Source: Oligoflexia bacterium
Lineage (GTDB): Bacteria; Bdellovibrionota; UBA1018
Length of the DNA: 64,000 nucleotides
NCBI GenBank assembly: GCA_963758495.1
Contig: CAVWVI010000003.1
Coordinates: 1,472,001-1,536,000 of the forward strand
Direction of reading: 5' to 3'
Under the pieces are notes generated by a model. It was not told the origin of the DNA. It ran no database searches and was given only the letters and a program-made list of their open reading frames with translations. Shown piece after piece: positions 30,267-41,060 of this stretch (the stretch's first letter is position 1; each line of letters opens with the position of its first letter). Both the position numbers and the translations under genes were made by a program.

Positions 30267-31771
30267 TGAGTTCTTCTTTCATTTTTATATACGTCATTTT
30301 TTGGTGATGCGAGTACTACAAGCCATTTTGCAAAGGAGGTTCTAATGGACCTAATTTCAAGCGTTCTACCTTCGCAAAAGGTTGCTGGCAATGGTTTATT
30401 TTCAGAAACAATCGCCAGAGGCAGTTGACTATAATTTGGATGGTCACAGATTGCCCAAGGATGATCCCGGCCGATCGTGCCACTTCTTCCAATAAAAAGC
30501 ATCCTTTGGGGATAAGGGCCGTCGTCACTGACCAGGTGATAGGAGTGGGGGATCAGTGCGTTAGCCTTTTCGCCCATTTTCCAAAAGTCTACGTGCCAAT
30601 AATGAGAATCACGAGCCCAAGTCCATACGTTAAGTCGGATATTATAAATGACTCCCCAAATTAAAAGGATGAATAGAAAGCGATGAAGGGCAAGATGTTT
30701 TTGGGTCCTTGCCAATACGCGGGTCATAAGTAAAAGTGAAAATAAGCAAGTGCCTATAAAATAGTAACTGTGAACCGCTATATGTGTTCCATCTAGGCAA
30801 ATTGCCGCAATCAAAGCCAATAGATAAAGTAGGAGTGGAATCCATTCTCGACTTAAGAGTGCAACTACCACCCAAATCCATCCTACAAACATAGGAAGTC
30901 CGCCTTGATTCAGTTGATCTTTCATTAAGCCGAGGACTCCAGTAAGTCCGACCTCTTTCAGTTGAGTCAGGGGGTCAAAATGAGCGAGTGCAAAAATTTG
31001 CGGACCTTGAGCAAAGCTTAAAATATTTTTTGCATGAACGGTGTACCAGTAAGCAGGTAGTACAATGCTCATGAGCGTAGCCATTACATACCGAAGAGAA
31101 TATTTACGGTTTTCTTTAATAATTAAGAGAGCAATGACACCTGCGAGCGTAATAATCAGGGTAGGTTTTACAGCGACCCCTAGATTACAAAAGAGAATCC
31201 CTAAAAGGGATTGATTCCACTTTTGAGGAGCGCGTAGAATAAGACAAATTCCAATGATCATTAAAGGAAAAGCCAGGCCTTCAGGCATAATAGTGTTGGT
31301 TTGCTGAGCGAGTGTGGGTGCTGCAAACCAAAGCAACATTCCCATTTTTCCATCGATTTCCACTTTCCAAAACCGGAGCAGGCGAGGTAAATAATGGTAA
31401 GATGTATATAGATTAAGTAAGAGTATAAAAAGCGAGGAAAGAAACACACCCATCCACGGGGAGCCAAAGAGATAGAAAGGCCCCGTTATTACATTGAGGA
31501 GTGGAAATTCAGATGCATTGATTCCATCAGATAGACCTTTTTGAAGAACCTGAGGGTAGATGATAAAATCTAGTGCAGCAATACCACGTGTTTGAAGTTC
31601 TTGCGCAAACATCATCGACATTCCAATGGTGTCAGATTGTCTATAGGTGTGAGCGCCACTCGGATGAATTGAAAATCTTTGCAATGATGTTGCAACAAAA
31701 ATACTGATGAGGATAATAATGATTTGTGCAAGACGCTTTGGAGAAGTCATAATATAAAAATTTTTTATCAT
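30263..31771 (-). CDS. Polytopic membrane GT-C (ArnT/PMT-like) glycosyltransferase
   Basis: HTYRQSDT, EFPL, MPEGL and VKP motifs; many TM segments. Confidence 0.6.
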   Translation of the reverse strand: MIKNFYIMTSPKRLAQIIIILISIFVATSLQRFSIHPSGAHTYRQSDTIGMSMMFAQELQTRGIAALDFIIYPQVLQKGLSDGINASEFPLLNVITGPFYLFGSPWMGVFLSSLFILLLNLYTSYHYLPRLLRFWKVEIDGKMGMLLWFAAPTLAQQTNTIMPEGLAFPLMIIGICLILRAPQKWNQSLLGILFCNLGVAVKPTLIITLAGVIALLIIKENRKYSLRYVMATLMSIVLPAYWYTVHAKNILSFAQGPQIFALAHFDPLTQLKEVGLTGVLGLMKDQLNQGGLPMFVGWIWVVVALLSREWIPLLLYLLALIAAICLDGTHIAVHSYYFIGTCLFSLLLMTRVLARTQKHLALHRFLFILLIWGVIYNIRLNVWTWARDSHYWHVDFWKMGEKANALIPHSYHLVSDDGPYPQRMLFIGRSGTIGRDHPWAICDHPNYSQLPLAIVSENKPLPATFCEGRTLEIRSIRTSFAKWLVVLASPKNDVYKNERRTQ

Positions 31772-31867
31772 TTCTCAGCAGAGTAGCGGATTAATTTTAG
31801 TGAGTAAATAGTCCAACTTTGACCTATCATTGAGTCTTCAATTTAATATTTGGGAGGTTTAGATTCA

Positions 31868-32308
31868 ATGCATACACCCAGTTCTTCTGCTCCATCTGTG
31901 TCCAATCGAGTTGACAACGAAACCATACTTCTCGTTGAAGATGAAACCCAGCTTCGCGTGCTTGTCGCAAGTGGTTTGCGTCGGCATGGTTATCAGGTGC
32001 TCGAGGCCAGTCGTCCATCTGAAGCTATTTTTTTGGCTGAAACGCACCCTCTTCCCATTCATCTTCTCCTGACAGATGTGATGATGCCGGAAATGGGGGG
32101 AGCGATATTAGCTGAAAAGCTGATTACACTCCACCCCCAGATTCATGTACTCTTTATGTCGGGATATACGAACGATGCGATCCTTCAGGATGGAGTTCAG
32201 AATGCGAGTATTCCATTCATTCAAAAACCTTTTAAAATGGATAAGCTGACTCATGTCGTTCGTGAGGTCATGAACTCACCCTTACCTCATCTGCATCAGC
32301 ATCTCTAG
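31868..32308 (+). CDS. Single-domain response regulator receiver
   Basis: ILLVEDE, LLLTDVMMPEMGG, FMSGY, FIQKPF; GGAGG upstream of ATG 31868. Confidence 0.88.
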   Translation: MHTPSSSAPSVSNRVDNETILLVEDETQLRVLVASGLRRHGYQVLEASRPSEAIFLAETHPLPIHLLLTDVMMPEMGGAILAEKLITLHPQIHVLFMSGYTNDAILQDGVQNASIPFIQKPFKMDKLTHVVREVMNSPLPHLHQHL

Positions 32309-32321
32309 ATAGCCGCCTCGT

Positions 32322-33092
32322 TTAGTAGTCATTATACCATTTTCGATTATACACCTGATACAAGACCATCCTCGAATCATTTGTTTGGTTTGCGCGACCT
32401 CGATGAAAAACCCGCCCATCAAAGAGCAGTACTGATCCCACTTCTATATCGGATTGAAATCGAGGAATGTCTTTAGCTTCTTCATAGGTCAATCGATGAG
32501 AACCGGGAATAAATTCGGTAGCGCCATTATTTGCAGTCATTTTTCCCAGAGGAATGAGTAGCGTATAGTAGAAGGGCGGCATGATTTTTACTTCGATTGA
32601 GTCATCATAACTACCAGTCAATTCTTCGCCGTTGTCAAAAAGTGGATAAATATCCCGATGCCAGAGGCCATCGTCAGACTGAGGTACTGCAGGTACGGCA
32701 CCTGCGAAGGTTGTATATTGAGTTCCCAGCTTCGTTTTCATAAGCTTCTTGATGGGTTCTGGATTTAGGAATGAGTCAGAAGCGAAAATTCCATGATTTC
32801 CATTCAGTCCAAAATCATAACGTCCTTTTGCTAACTCAATGATGCTAGGATTTCCTTCGTGGTCATCATAATAGTATTTTCTATTATGATACACCTTATC
32901 AAAGGCAGTGATGTAGTCTCTTTGTTTTCCGGTGGAATTTTCTACCGTCACTTTCACTTTTTCAAAAGCTTTTTGGCTTTCAGCAATAAATGTTTCAATT
33001 TGTTCAGGACTAAATACATTTGGAATGACAACGACGCCTGTCTCATCTAGTGTGTTGGAATATTCGTCAATAACTTCTTCATGGAAGATCAT
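32322..33092 (-). CDS. Phytanoyl-CoA dioxygenase-family Fe(II)/2OG oxygenase
   Basis: WHRD (HxD), NGATEFIPGSH, GSVLLFDGRVFHRG. Confidence 0.82.
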   Translation of the reverse strand: MIFHEEVIDEYSNTLDETGVVVIPNVFSPEQIETFIAESQKAFEKVKVTVENSTGKQRDYITAFDKVYHNRKYYYDDHEGNPSIIELAKGRYDFGLNGNHGIFASDSFLNPEPIKKLMKTKLGTQYTTFAGAVPAVPQSDDGLWHRDIYPLFDNGEELTGSYDDSIEVKIMPPFYYTLLIPLGKMTANNGATEFIPGSHRLTYEEAKDIPRFQSDIEVGSVLLFDGRVFHRGRANQTNDSRMVLYQVYNRKWYNDY

Positions 33093-33121
33093 AATTTTTT
33101 CTCCTGGGAAATTCCCTTGTG

Positions 33122-34306
33122 TTATGAATAAGACGAGGCACGAGTAAAGTCGGGTTGCCCTCCTGTTTTAATATATAAAAAATAGGCAAGAGGGAGGAAG
33201 AGAAGCATCATAAATCCTATGAGGAAGAGTGCTGTTTGTAAGGAAAAAAAACTTGCGAGTACACCTGCCGTAGTGTCGCTTCCCATCATGCCAATCGAGT
33301 AAGCCATATTATATATAGAATACACAGAAGCATAGGCGCTACTTCCTCGGCGATCGACTGCCGCTGCTAACTGAGTGAGCGTGGGATTCATGGCAAATCC
33401 GTAAGCCACATTGATGAGAGCAAGGAGTATTCCTGCTCCTACAATGCTCTTGGGCACTGCCAGCAGGGGTAGAATCAACGACATCAGGACAAGCCCCACA
33501 ATCATGGTACGCCAAGTGCCATAACGATCGGTTACGGCCCCTGCCACAGGGCAACTGATGCCATAAATAATTGTGCCTAGTGTAAAAATGATTCCCACAG
33601 AAGTGGGGGATTCGTCAGCCGAATATTTAAGATGATGAGGAAGAAGTGCTTCAAGAACACTCCAGCACCACGCACCGAGAACAACGACGGCACTGGCTGC
33701 TAGAACTGTGCGATCACGTAACAGAAGGCCGAGTTCAGATGGGTTTGTATGGTTTTTCGGGAGATCGACTATGAGTCCCCAACGTAATATTCCATCAAAT
33801 ATTAAAAGCAGACCTGCTATCCAAAAAGGAAATCTGTAACCATACCAATCGAAAAGAAACCCACCCATGAGGGGGCCAAGTACCAAACCACAAGTATTTC
33901 CCAGCATCACTATGCCCATCATCCGGGCACGATTTTTGTGAAACCTCTCAGCCACCAAGGCTAATCCCGTTGTCCATGTAGCAGCAGCAGCAGCTCCTTG
34001 TGCCATTCGAGCCAAAAGGATCTCAGGAAAGTAGGTCGCGGTAGCAAAAGTAAAAACAGCTAAAATTTGAACCCCTACTCCAACAAGCATAGGTTTGCGG
34101 CGTCCAATGCGGTCAGAAAGAATCCCAAAAAGGGGTGTCGCAATCATCACGCCAAGCGCATAGCCCCCATACATCATTCCTAGCATCCAGGGTTCATTGA
34201 TTTTGGCTGGTGAATTGGGCGTCAGAGGGATAACCAGGCCATAAAGAAGCCCATCCGTGAAGAGCGCCATTGTGACCATAATCATGGTCATTTGAGAAAA
34301 TTGCAC
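33122..34306 (-). CDS. MFS transporter
   Basis: Motif A GILSDRIGRRK, ARMAQG, about 12 TM segments; exact start uncertain. Confidence 0.9.
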   Translation of the reverse strand: MQFSQMTMIMVTMALFTDGLLYGLVIPLTPNSPAKINEPWMLGMMYGGYALGVMIATPLFGILSDRIGRRKPMLVGVGVQILAVFTFATATYFPEILLARMAQGAAAAATWTTGLALVAERFHKNRARMMGIVMLGNTCGLVLGPLMGGFLFDWYGYRFPFWIAGLLLIFDGILRWGLIVDLPKNHTNPSELGLLLRDRTVLAASAVVVLGAWCWSVLEALLPHHLKYSADESPTSVGIIFTLGTIIYGISCPVAGAVTDRYGTWRTMIVGLVLMSLILPLLAVPKSIVGAGILLALINVAYGFAMNPTLTQLAAAVDRRGSSAYASVYSIYNMAYSIGMMGSDTTAGVLASFFSLQTALFLIGFMMLLFLPLAYFLYIKTGGQPDFTRASSYS

Positions 34307-34393
34307 TATCCCACACCCCCAAGTCCCCGAGGTGGATCTAGTTCATTTTTTGTTATTCTGTCAATGAGTAATTGGGTCTTTGATGGATTTGTA

Positions 34394-34483
34394 TGGCGGA
34401 GAGAGAGGGGTTCGAACCCCCGGTGGGGTTGCCCCCACATCGGTTTTCAAAACCGACGCTTTCGACCACTCAGCCATCTCTCC
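34394..34483 (-). tRNA. tRNA-Ser(TGA)
   Basis: GGAGAGA acceptor stem, anticodon arm TCGGT-TTTGAAA-ACCGA, long variable arm, GGTTCGAACC, encoded CCA; directly downstream of serS. Confidence 0.96.
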
Positions 34484-34545
34484 GTAGTAGTCGGACTTAG
34501 ATGTTATCTTTACACGGGAAAAGAAGAGTTTGCAGCAGAGAAATC

Positions 34546-35886
34546 CTAGTTCCCGCTAAATTTTATCCAAAGCTGGTCCCCTTCACGAGTAAAGCCAGGA
34601 GCACCTTCTAGATATCTATGGAGGGCTGGAGGTATGAGGACATTTCCTTCGGAATCCTGATAGTTTTCCAAAAGAGCGATCCAGGTTCTACCTACGGCTA
34701 ATCCGGAGCCATTTAAAGTATGAGCAAAAAGAGGTTTGGCCTGGGGTTCCGGGCGGAAGCGAATTTGAGCACGGCGGGCTTGAAAATCCTCACAATTTGA
34801 ACAGGATGAGATTTCTCGGTAGGCATTTTGCCCCGGAAGCCAAACCTCGATATCGTAAGTTTTTGAAGCTCCAAAGCCCATATCTCCGGCACAAAGAGCC
34901 ATGACTCGATAAGGAAGGCCGAGAAGTTGGAGAACTTTTTCAGCATTGTGAGTCATCTTTTCCAGTTCTTCGTAGGATTGATCAGGTTTAACTATTTTAA
35001 CCATTTCGACTTTTTGGAACTGATGCTGGCGGATCAGGCCTCGAGTATCCTTTCCATAAGATCCCGCTTCACTTCTAAAGCAAGGAGAATAAGCAGTAAA
35101 ATAGCGGGGTAATATCCCTGGATCTAAAATTTCATCCCGATAGATATTCGTCAAAGGGACTTCAGACGTAGGAATCAGGAAAAGTTCTTTATCTGCTAGA
35201 TGAGTTTTAAATAAATCCTCTTCAAACTTAGGAAGCTGCCCAGTTCCAGTCATGCTCGCACGATTGACCATAAAAGGAGGGATCACTTCTTGATAGCCAT
35301 GTTGACGTGTATGTAAATCCAGCATGAACTGAATCAAGGCGCGCTCTAGAGCAGCCCCTGCGCCAAAATAGAGCGCAAAACGAGCGCCCGCTATTTTGCT
35401 TGCCCGTTCAAAATCCAAAATGCGCAACTTTTCGCCGATTTCTATATGCTCTTTGGGTTGAAAGCTAAAATGAGGGAGGGTGCCCCATTTTCGAATTTCT
35501 ACATTTCCACTGCTGTCCGACCCTTCAGGGACACTTGCATGAGGGATATTGGGAACGCGAAGAGCAAAGTCTTGAAATTCTTCTTCGGTTTTTCGCAAAT
35601 CCTCATCTAATCCTTTAATTTGATCGCCAACGGCACGCATGGCGCTGACTTTCTGATCGGCTTCTGTGGCGGCGGCGGGATCTGATTTGGCCTTTGATTT
35701 AAGCTGCGCGATTTCCTGAGATGCGGAGTTTCTCTGAGCTTTTAAGGATTCTACTCCTTGAATCAGTTCTTTCCGGCGCCGAGAGAGTTCTGCGAGGCGG
35801 GAAATCAGCTCCGGCCCAACATTGCGTCGTTTCAGAGCCTTTTCTAAGTCAGTCACATTTTCCTGAAAATATCGCGAATCAAGCAT
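34546..35886 (-). CDS. serS: Serine--tRNA ligase
   Basis: [56 protein letters not shown]. Confidence 0.98.
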   Translation of the reverse strand: MLDSRYFQENVTDLEKALKRRNVGPELISRLAELSRRRKELIQGVESLKAQRNSASQEIAQLKSKAKSDPAAATEADQKVSAMRAVGDQIKGLDEDLRKTEEEFQDFALRVPNIPHASVPEGSDSSGNVEIRKWGTLPHFSFQPKEHIEIGEKLRILDFERASKIAGARFALYFGAGAALERALIQFMLDLHTRQHGYQEVIPPFMVNRASMTGTGQLPKFEEDLFKTHLADKELFLIPTSEVPLTNIYRDEILDPGILPRYFTAYSPCFRSEAGSYGKDTRGLIRQHQFQKVEMVKIVKPDQSYEELEKMTHNAEKVLQLLGLPYRVMALCAGDMGFGASKTYDIEVWLPGQNAYREISSCSNCEDFQARRAQIRFRPEPQAKPLFAHTLNGSGLAVGRTWIALLENYQDSEGNVLIPPALHRYLEGAPGFTREGDQLWIKFSGN

Positions 35887-35968
35887 AGTGACAGCCTACC
35901 ACACGATGAGATAGGCGAAAAGTCATCAGGCGAAGCTATTGAAATTAAAGCCCTCCTTTTAGGGGGGC

Positions 35969-36040
35969 AAGCACTGTCTGGAGCCCTATAGCGCCGTAAA
36001 GATTTGGATCTCCGGCGCTATAGGGCTCCAGACAGTGCTT
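35969..36040. repeat. Perfect 28-bp inverted repeat with 16-nt spacer
   Basis: AAGCACTGTCTGGAGCCCTATAGCGCCG (35969-35996) and its exact reverse complement (36013-36040). Confidence 0.95.
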
Positions 36041-36080
36041 ACAGTTGATAGCAGTTGGAGTTCCAGGTATATAAGGTTCC

Positions 36081-38519
36081 ATGGCCTATCATCCGAGCGC
36101 AATTGAACCGAAGTGGCAGAAGTTTTGGGACGATCATTCTATTTTCCGAGCTGAAACGAAAAGTAGCAAACCCAAGTATTACATTCTCGACATGTTTCCC
36201 TATCCTAGTAGCTCAGGGCTTCATGTGGGACATCCTGAAGGCTATACAGCGACGGATATTTTAGCTCGATATAAACGGGCTAAGGGTTTTAATGTTCTGC
36301 ATCCGATGGGTTGGGATGCTTTTGGATTACCTGCCGAGCAATATGCACTTCAAACAGGGGTTCATCCCGCGATCACGACTCAAAGTGCCATTGAAAACTT
36401 TCGAAGACAGTTGAAGCTTCTCGGGTTTAGTTACGATTGGTCACGCGAATTTGCGACTTGTAATGCCACTTATTATAAGTGGACGCAGTTCATTTTTCTT
36501 AAGCTATTTGAAAGAGGATTAGCCTATCAAAAGGAAGTCCCTGTCAATTGGTGCCCCGCGCTGAAAACAGTATTAGCAAATGAAGAAGTGGTGGACGGAG
36601 TCTCTGAACGAGGGGGGCATCCTGTTTTTCGCGTACCTATGAAGCAATGGATGTTGAAAATCACTGCCTATGCTGAAAAGCTTTTAAAAGGCTTGGACGA
36701 TTTAGATTGGCCTGAAGGGACTAAAGAGCTCCAACGGAACTGGATCGGACGGAGCGAAGGTCTTCAGATGAAGTTTCCAGTTTCTGAATCTGACGATCAA
36801 ATTGAAATTTTTACAACACGAGCAGATACCATTTTTGGAGTGACTTATATGGTATTGGCCCCAGAGCACCCCTTAGTGGAAAGGCTCACCACGGCTGATC
36901 GCAAAACAGCAGTGACCACCTATCAGGCGAAAGCAGCTCAAAAATCAGACATGTCCCGTCAAGAGGCGAGTCAAGAAAAGACAGGCGCTTTTACGGGAAG
37001 CTACGCGATCAATCCGTTGTCTGGAGAGAAAATTCCAGTTTGGATATCTGATTATGTTTTAATGAGTTATGGCACAGGTGCAGTCATGGCGGTTCCGGCA
37101 CATGACGAAAGAGATTTAGAATTTGCTAAGACGTTTCATCTCCCGATTAAGAAAGTAATAGAAGGAGGCTCTTCAGAGTTAGAGTGCTTCAGTGGAGAAG
37201 GGATTGCGATTCACTCTGATTTTATTACAGGGATGACGAGTCAAAAAGGAAAGATGGCCGTAACTGAATGGGCCGAAAAAAAGGGATTCGGGCAGAGAAC
37301 GGTGCAGTATAAGCTACGAGATTGGCTTTTCTCTCGGCAAAGATATTGGGGCGAACCCTTCCCTATTCTTCATCTGGATACGGGAGAGAAGACCCCAGTT
37401 CCTTTGAATGAGCTCCCCGTATTGTTGCCGGATGTGAAAAGTTATGAACCCTCAGGGACAGGTGAAAGTCCACTTTCAGCGATTCGAGAATGGGTAGATA
37501 CTCGCGACCCTCGAACAGGAAAACCTGCGCGCCGTGAAACCGATACAATGCCGGGTAGCGCGGGATCCTCTTGGTATTTTTTACGTTATTGTGATCCGAA
37601 TAATGATGAAGCCCCTTTTAGTTCTGAAGCAGAAAAATATTGGATGCCAGTTGATCTCTACCTAGGAGGGCCTGAGCATGCTGTAGGCCATCTTCTCTAT
37701 GCACGGTTTTGGACCAAGGTGCTTTACGATGCGGGTTTGGTGTCCCATGATGAGCCTTTTAAGAAGCTGGTCCATCAAGGCATGATTTTAGGCGAAGATG
37801 GCGAAAAGATGTCCAAATCTCGGGGCAATGTGATTAATCCAGATTCTGTCGTGGATAAATATGGAGCGGATACACTTCGTATTTATGAAATGTTCATGGG
37901 GCCTTTGGAGAGAGATAAGCCTTGGTCTACGACTGCGATTGAAGGAGTGTATCGGTTTCTTCAGCGGACTTGGCGTCTCTTTGTCGAAGATGAAGAAAGT
38001 ACTTCAGGGACAGTAAAAGAATCTAAGCTCTTAGTGGGGGATATTGAGCCCACCGAAGATGATCTCAAAGTCACGCACAAGATGATTAAAATCGTTACCG
38101 AACATATTGAAGGGATGCGATTTAATACGGCCATTAGTCAGATGATGATTTTTGTAAATCATATGACAAAACTTCCGGTGAAACCGAGAGCTTGTTTAAA
38201 GCCTTTTATTCAGCTCCTCAATCCTTTTGCCCCTCACTTGGCGGAAGAACTTTGGGAAAAAATAGGTGAGAAATCTGTTCTTACGTTTGAGCCATGGCCT
38301 CTCTATCAAGCTGATTTGGCGAGAGATCAGTTCCTCACTGTTGCGGTGCAAGTGATGGGCAAGACTCGGGGCACACTTGAAGTGGAGCCTGGAACAGACC
38401 AAGCTATTTTAGAGAAGTTGGCTAAAGAAATCACCTCAGTCTCTAATCAACTTCAAGGGAAGCAGATTCGGAAAGTGATTTTTGTAAAAGATAAAATTTT
38501 AAACTTCGTAGTCAGTTAG
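36081..38519 (+). CDS. leuS: Leucine--tRNA ligase
   Basis: MFPYPS..LHVGH, GWDAFGLPAE, LRDWLFSRQRYWG, KMSKS. Confidence 0.98.
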   Translation: MAYHPSAIEPKWQKFWDDHSIFRAETKSSKPKYYILDMFPYPSSSGLHVGHPEGYTATDILARYKRAKGFNVLHPMGWDAFGLPAEQYALQTGVHPAITTQSAIENFRRQLKLLGFSYDWSREFATCNATYYKWTQFIFLKLFERGLAYQKEVPVNWCPALKTVLANEEVVDGVSERGGHPVFRVPMKQWMLKITAYAEKLLKGLDDLDWPEGTKELQRNWIGRSEGLQMKFPVSESDDQIEIFTTRADTIFGVTYMVLAPEHPLVERLTTADRKTAVTTYQAKAAQKSDMSRQEASQEKTGAFTGSYAINPLSGEKIPVWISDYVLMSYGTGAVMAVPAHDERDLEFAKTFHLPIKKVIEGGSSELECFSGEGIAIHSDFITGMTSQKGKMAVTEWAEKKGFGQRTVQYKLRDWLFSRQRYWGEPFPILHLDTGEKTPVPLNELPVLLPDVKSYEPSGTGESPLSAIREWVDTRDPRTGKPARRETDTMPGSAGSSWYFLRYCDPNNDEAPFSSEAEKYWMPVDLYLGGPEHAVGHLLYARFWTKVLYDAGLVSHDEPFKKLVHQGMILGEDGEKMSKSRGNVINPDSVVDKYGADTLRIYEMFMGPLERDKPWSTTAIEGVYRFLQRTWRLFVEDEESTSGTVKESKLLVGDIEPTEDDLKVTHKMIKIVTEHIEGMRFNTAISQMMIFVNHMTKLPVKPRACLKPFIQLLNPFAPHLAEELWEKIGEKSVLTFEPWPLYQADLARDQFLTVAVQVMGKTRGTLEVEPGTDQAILEKLAKEITSVSNQLQGKQIRKVIFVKDKILNFVVS

Positions 38520-38555
38520 CGTAAGCTGTCCTGTGTGACGCATTGGATGAAAGCG

Positions 38556-39926
38556 TTAGGTTGAAATTGCGGGCCTTCTCCTTCGTGGCGCGCGTCCGTC
38601 CAGTGCTGAGGTAGCTTGTGCTTTTAATTTAGGAACGATCCATTTTACATAAATGGCAACGAGGACTGCTCCCACTGACATGGAAATGGCTGCGGGTGTG
38701 TTGTCTAAGAGAAGTCCAATTCCTAAAGCTGTGAAGAAAATCGCAACGAATACGGGAATGGCGAGTGTTTTGACTCGAAATGGTCGCTCTTGATGGGGAT
38801 GAGTTTTTCGAAGTCGAATCAAAGAGATCGCCATGGTGACATAAATCAGACATTCGGCAAATGCCCCCATATAGATAAAGGGTTTGACGATTCCAGTATA
38901 AGCTACAAAGAGAGAGAGAAGCGTGCAGACCGTAAATAACATCCATATAGCAATATGAGGGGTGAGGTATTTTTCATGAATTTGGGCCAGTGCTTTGGGT
39001 GCTGCATGATCTCGAGCCAAGGCATAAAGAAACCGCGATGCGGTGAGTAATCCAGCATTAAAACAGGTGATACTCGCCACCAGACTCATAAGCATCATGA
39101 TCATCACTCCCGGAGCCCCAAAAGCTTTTACGGCGAAGAGAATATGGGGAATAGGATGTCCCGATGCTACCGCTTGACTCAAAGTTTCCTTACCTCCGAT
39201 ACTGGTCATGGCGGTGACGAGTGAGCCGTAAGCCACGAAGAGAAGAAGAATAGAAATCGCCATTCCTTTCGGAATGGAGCGATATTCTTGGACTTCTTCG
39301 GCAAGAGGGGTAACCCACTCAAAACCAAGATAGAGAAAAACCCCTACCCCCACCGCCTGAAAAAAATCAAAAGGGGACTTGTCTAGCATGGGGTGCAAAG
39401 TGTGCTCTAATGGGAAATGAAATTGGGTGAGGGCAATCCAGGAGATACTGATGAGGGCAAAAAATTTAAAATAGGCCACAACATCTTGAAATGCACCGGT
39501 TAATTTAACACCTCGAATATTGATCAAGCAGATCGATAGCAAAAATACAAAGATCCAAGCGAGGACTGGGATTCCAGGGAATCCATAAGAAAGGACATTT
39601 CCCAGGATGTAAGTCTCGGCGCCTACAATGGAAAGAGTGGTCATAATGTAAAGACTTGCGAGAATGAGAGCGGTGGTTTCGCCAAAGGCTTTTTCAATAA
39701 AAAGCTTGATTCCAGCAGCAGAGGGAAACATTCCGCCGAGCTCCGCAAAGCAAAGAGAGGAAAGATAACAAATGATTCCGGCCACTAAAAGAGCCAACCA
39801 GCCCGAGTGACCTGAAACGTGATCAGACATTTCAATGAGCGATACATAAGAGATGGAAGCAAGTGCCAATCCTGCTCCGGTAGAAATGACTGTTCTGAGG
39901 CCAACTTGTCTTTTAAGTGTCTGCAT
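38556..39926 (-). CDS. APC-family amino acid permease
   Basis: FAELGGMFPSAAG, YLGFEWVTPLAEE, SRFLYALARD, RPFRV. Confidence 0.9.
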   Translation of the reverse strand: MQTLKRQVGLRTVISTGAGLALASISYVSLIEMSDHVSGHSGWLALLVAGIICYLSSLCFAELGGMFPSAAGIKLFIEKAFGETTALILASLYIMTTLSIVGAETYILGNVLSYGFPGIPVLAWIFVFLLSICLINIRGVKLTGAFQDVVAYFKFFALISISWIALTQFHFPLEHTLHPMLDKSPFDFFQAVGVGVFLYLGFEWVTPLAEEVQEYRSIPKGMAISILLLFVAYGSLVTAMTSIGGKETLSQAVASGHPIPHILFAVKAFGAPGVMIMMLMSLVASITCFNAGLLTASRFLYALARDHAAPKALAQIHEKYLTPHIAIWMLFTVCTLLSLFVAYTGIVKPFIYMGAFAECLIYVTMAISLIRLRKTHPHQERPFRVKTLAIPVFVAIFFTALGIGLLLDNTPAAISMSVGAVLVAIYVKWIVPKLKAQATSALDGRAPRRRRPAIST

Positions 39927-40109
39927 GTGTCCTCTTCCTTTCTTGTAAGCGGTTCTTTGCCGTGCTTACCTTTTTATTGTATCGGAAATCCAGATCGCCG
40001 CTAGAAACTCTGTAAATCAGGTGATTGGGAGGCTCCTTGGGCGTTCAAAGTTTGACATATATTCTCAAGATCTCTTGAGAGTTTGATCGGGTTAAGGTAT
40101 CCCATATTC

Positions 40110-41060
40110 ATGCGAATGAGAGACTGGGTCATCTTATCAGGAAGCGCAAATCGGCCGCTAGCCGAAAAGATTTGTGAAAAGCTAGGCAAACCATTGAGTC
40201 ATGCTGATGTCCGTCGGTTTAGTGACGGTGAGGTCTTTGTTGAAATTGGAGAAAATGTTCGCGGACGTGATGCCTATATTATTCAAAGTACTTGCCGGCC
40301 TGTGAACGACACTTTGATGGAGCTTCTGATTATGATTGACGCGCTTAAGCGCGCGAGTGCAAAGGAGATTACAGCGATAGTCCCCTACTTCGGTTATGCA
40401 AGACAAGACCGAAAAGTCGCTCCTCGTACTCCTATTAGCGCAAAATTAGTGGCAGATCTATTTACTGCGGCAGGTGCCACTCGCATCGTTGCAATGGATC
40501 TTCATGCTGGACAGATTCAGGGATTTTTTAATATCCCATTTGATAATCTTTTCGCTTCACCGGTGATCTTAGATTACGTTAAGAATCAAAAACTCAGTAG
40601 TGATAACTTGGTCATTGTGAGTCCCGATACGGGGGGCGTTGAGCGTGCTCGTGCCTTTGCAAAACGTTTAAATGCAAGTGTCGCGATGATTGATAAAAGG
40701 CGCACGGGCCCTAACGTAGCTAAAGCAATGAATGTGATTGGAGAAGTTGAGGGCAAGGTTGCTATGATTTTAGATGACATGATTGACACTGCAGGAACCT
40801 TGACCGAAGCAGCTCATGCCGTTTTACAACATGGCGCCAAAACAGTCTATGCGGCTGCAACTCATGGAGTCTTGTCCGGTCCTGCTATCGAGCGAATTAA
40901 GAAGTCACAGATTGAGCGCGTCATTGTAACGGATACGATTCCATTATCACCTGAAGCGGCGACGCATCCTAAATTTGTGCAGTTGTCTGTGGCCAATCTA
41001 TTAGCGGAAGCCATACATCGAATTCACAATTATGATAGCGTCAGTAGCCTTTTTATTTAA
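40110..41060 (+). CDS. prs: Ribose-phosphate pyrophosphokinase
   Basis: [39 protein letters not shown]. Confidence 0.98.
   Translation: MRMRDWVILSGSANRPLAEKICEKLGKPLSHADVRRFSDGEVFVEIGENVRGRDAYIIQSTCRPVNDTLMELLIMIDALKRASAKEITAIVPYFGYARQDRKVAPRTPISAKLVADLFTAAGATRIVAMDLHAGQIQGFFNIPFDNLFASPVILDYVKNQKLSSDNLVIVSPDTGGVERARAFAKRLNASVAMIDKRRTGPNVAKAMNVIGEVEGKVAMILDDMIDTAGTLTEAAHAVLQHGAKTVYAAATHGVLSGPAIERIKKSQIERVIVTDTIPLSPEAATHPKFVQLSVANLLAEAIHRIHNYDSVSSLFI

Noticed and set aside
34394..34483. tRNA-Sec or suppressor tRNA
   Set aside because: The anticodon is TGA (reads UCA, Ser), not TCA; it has a 7-bp acceptor stem and lies next to serS.
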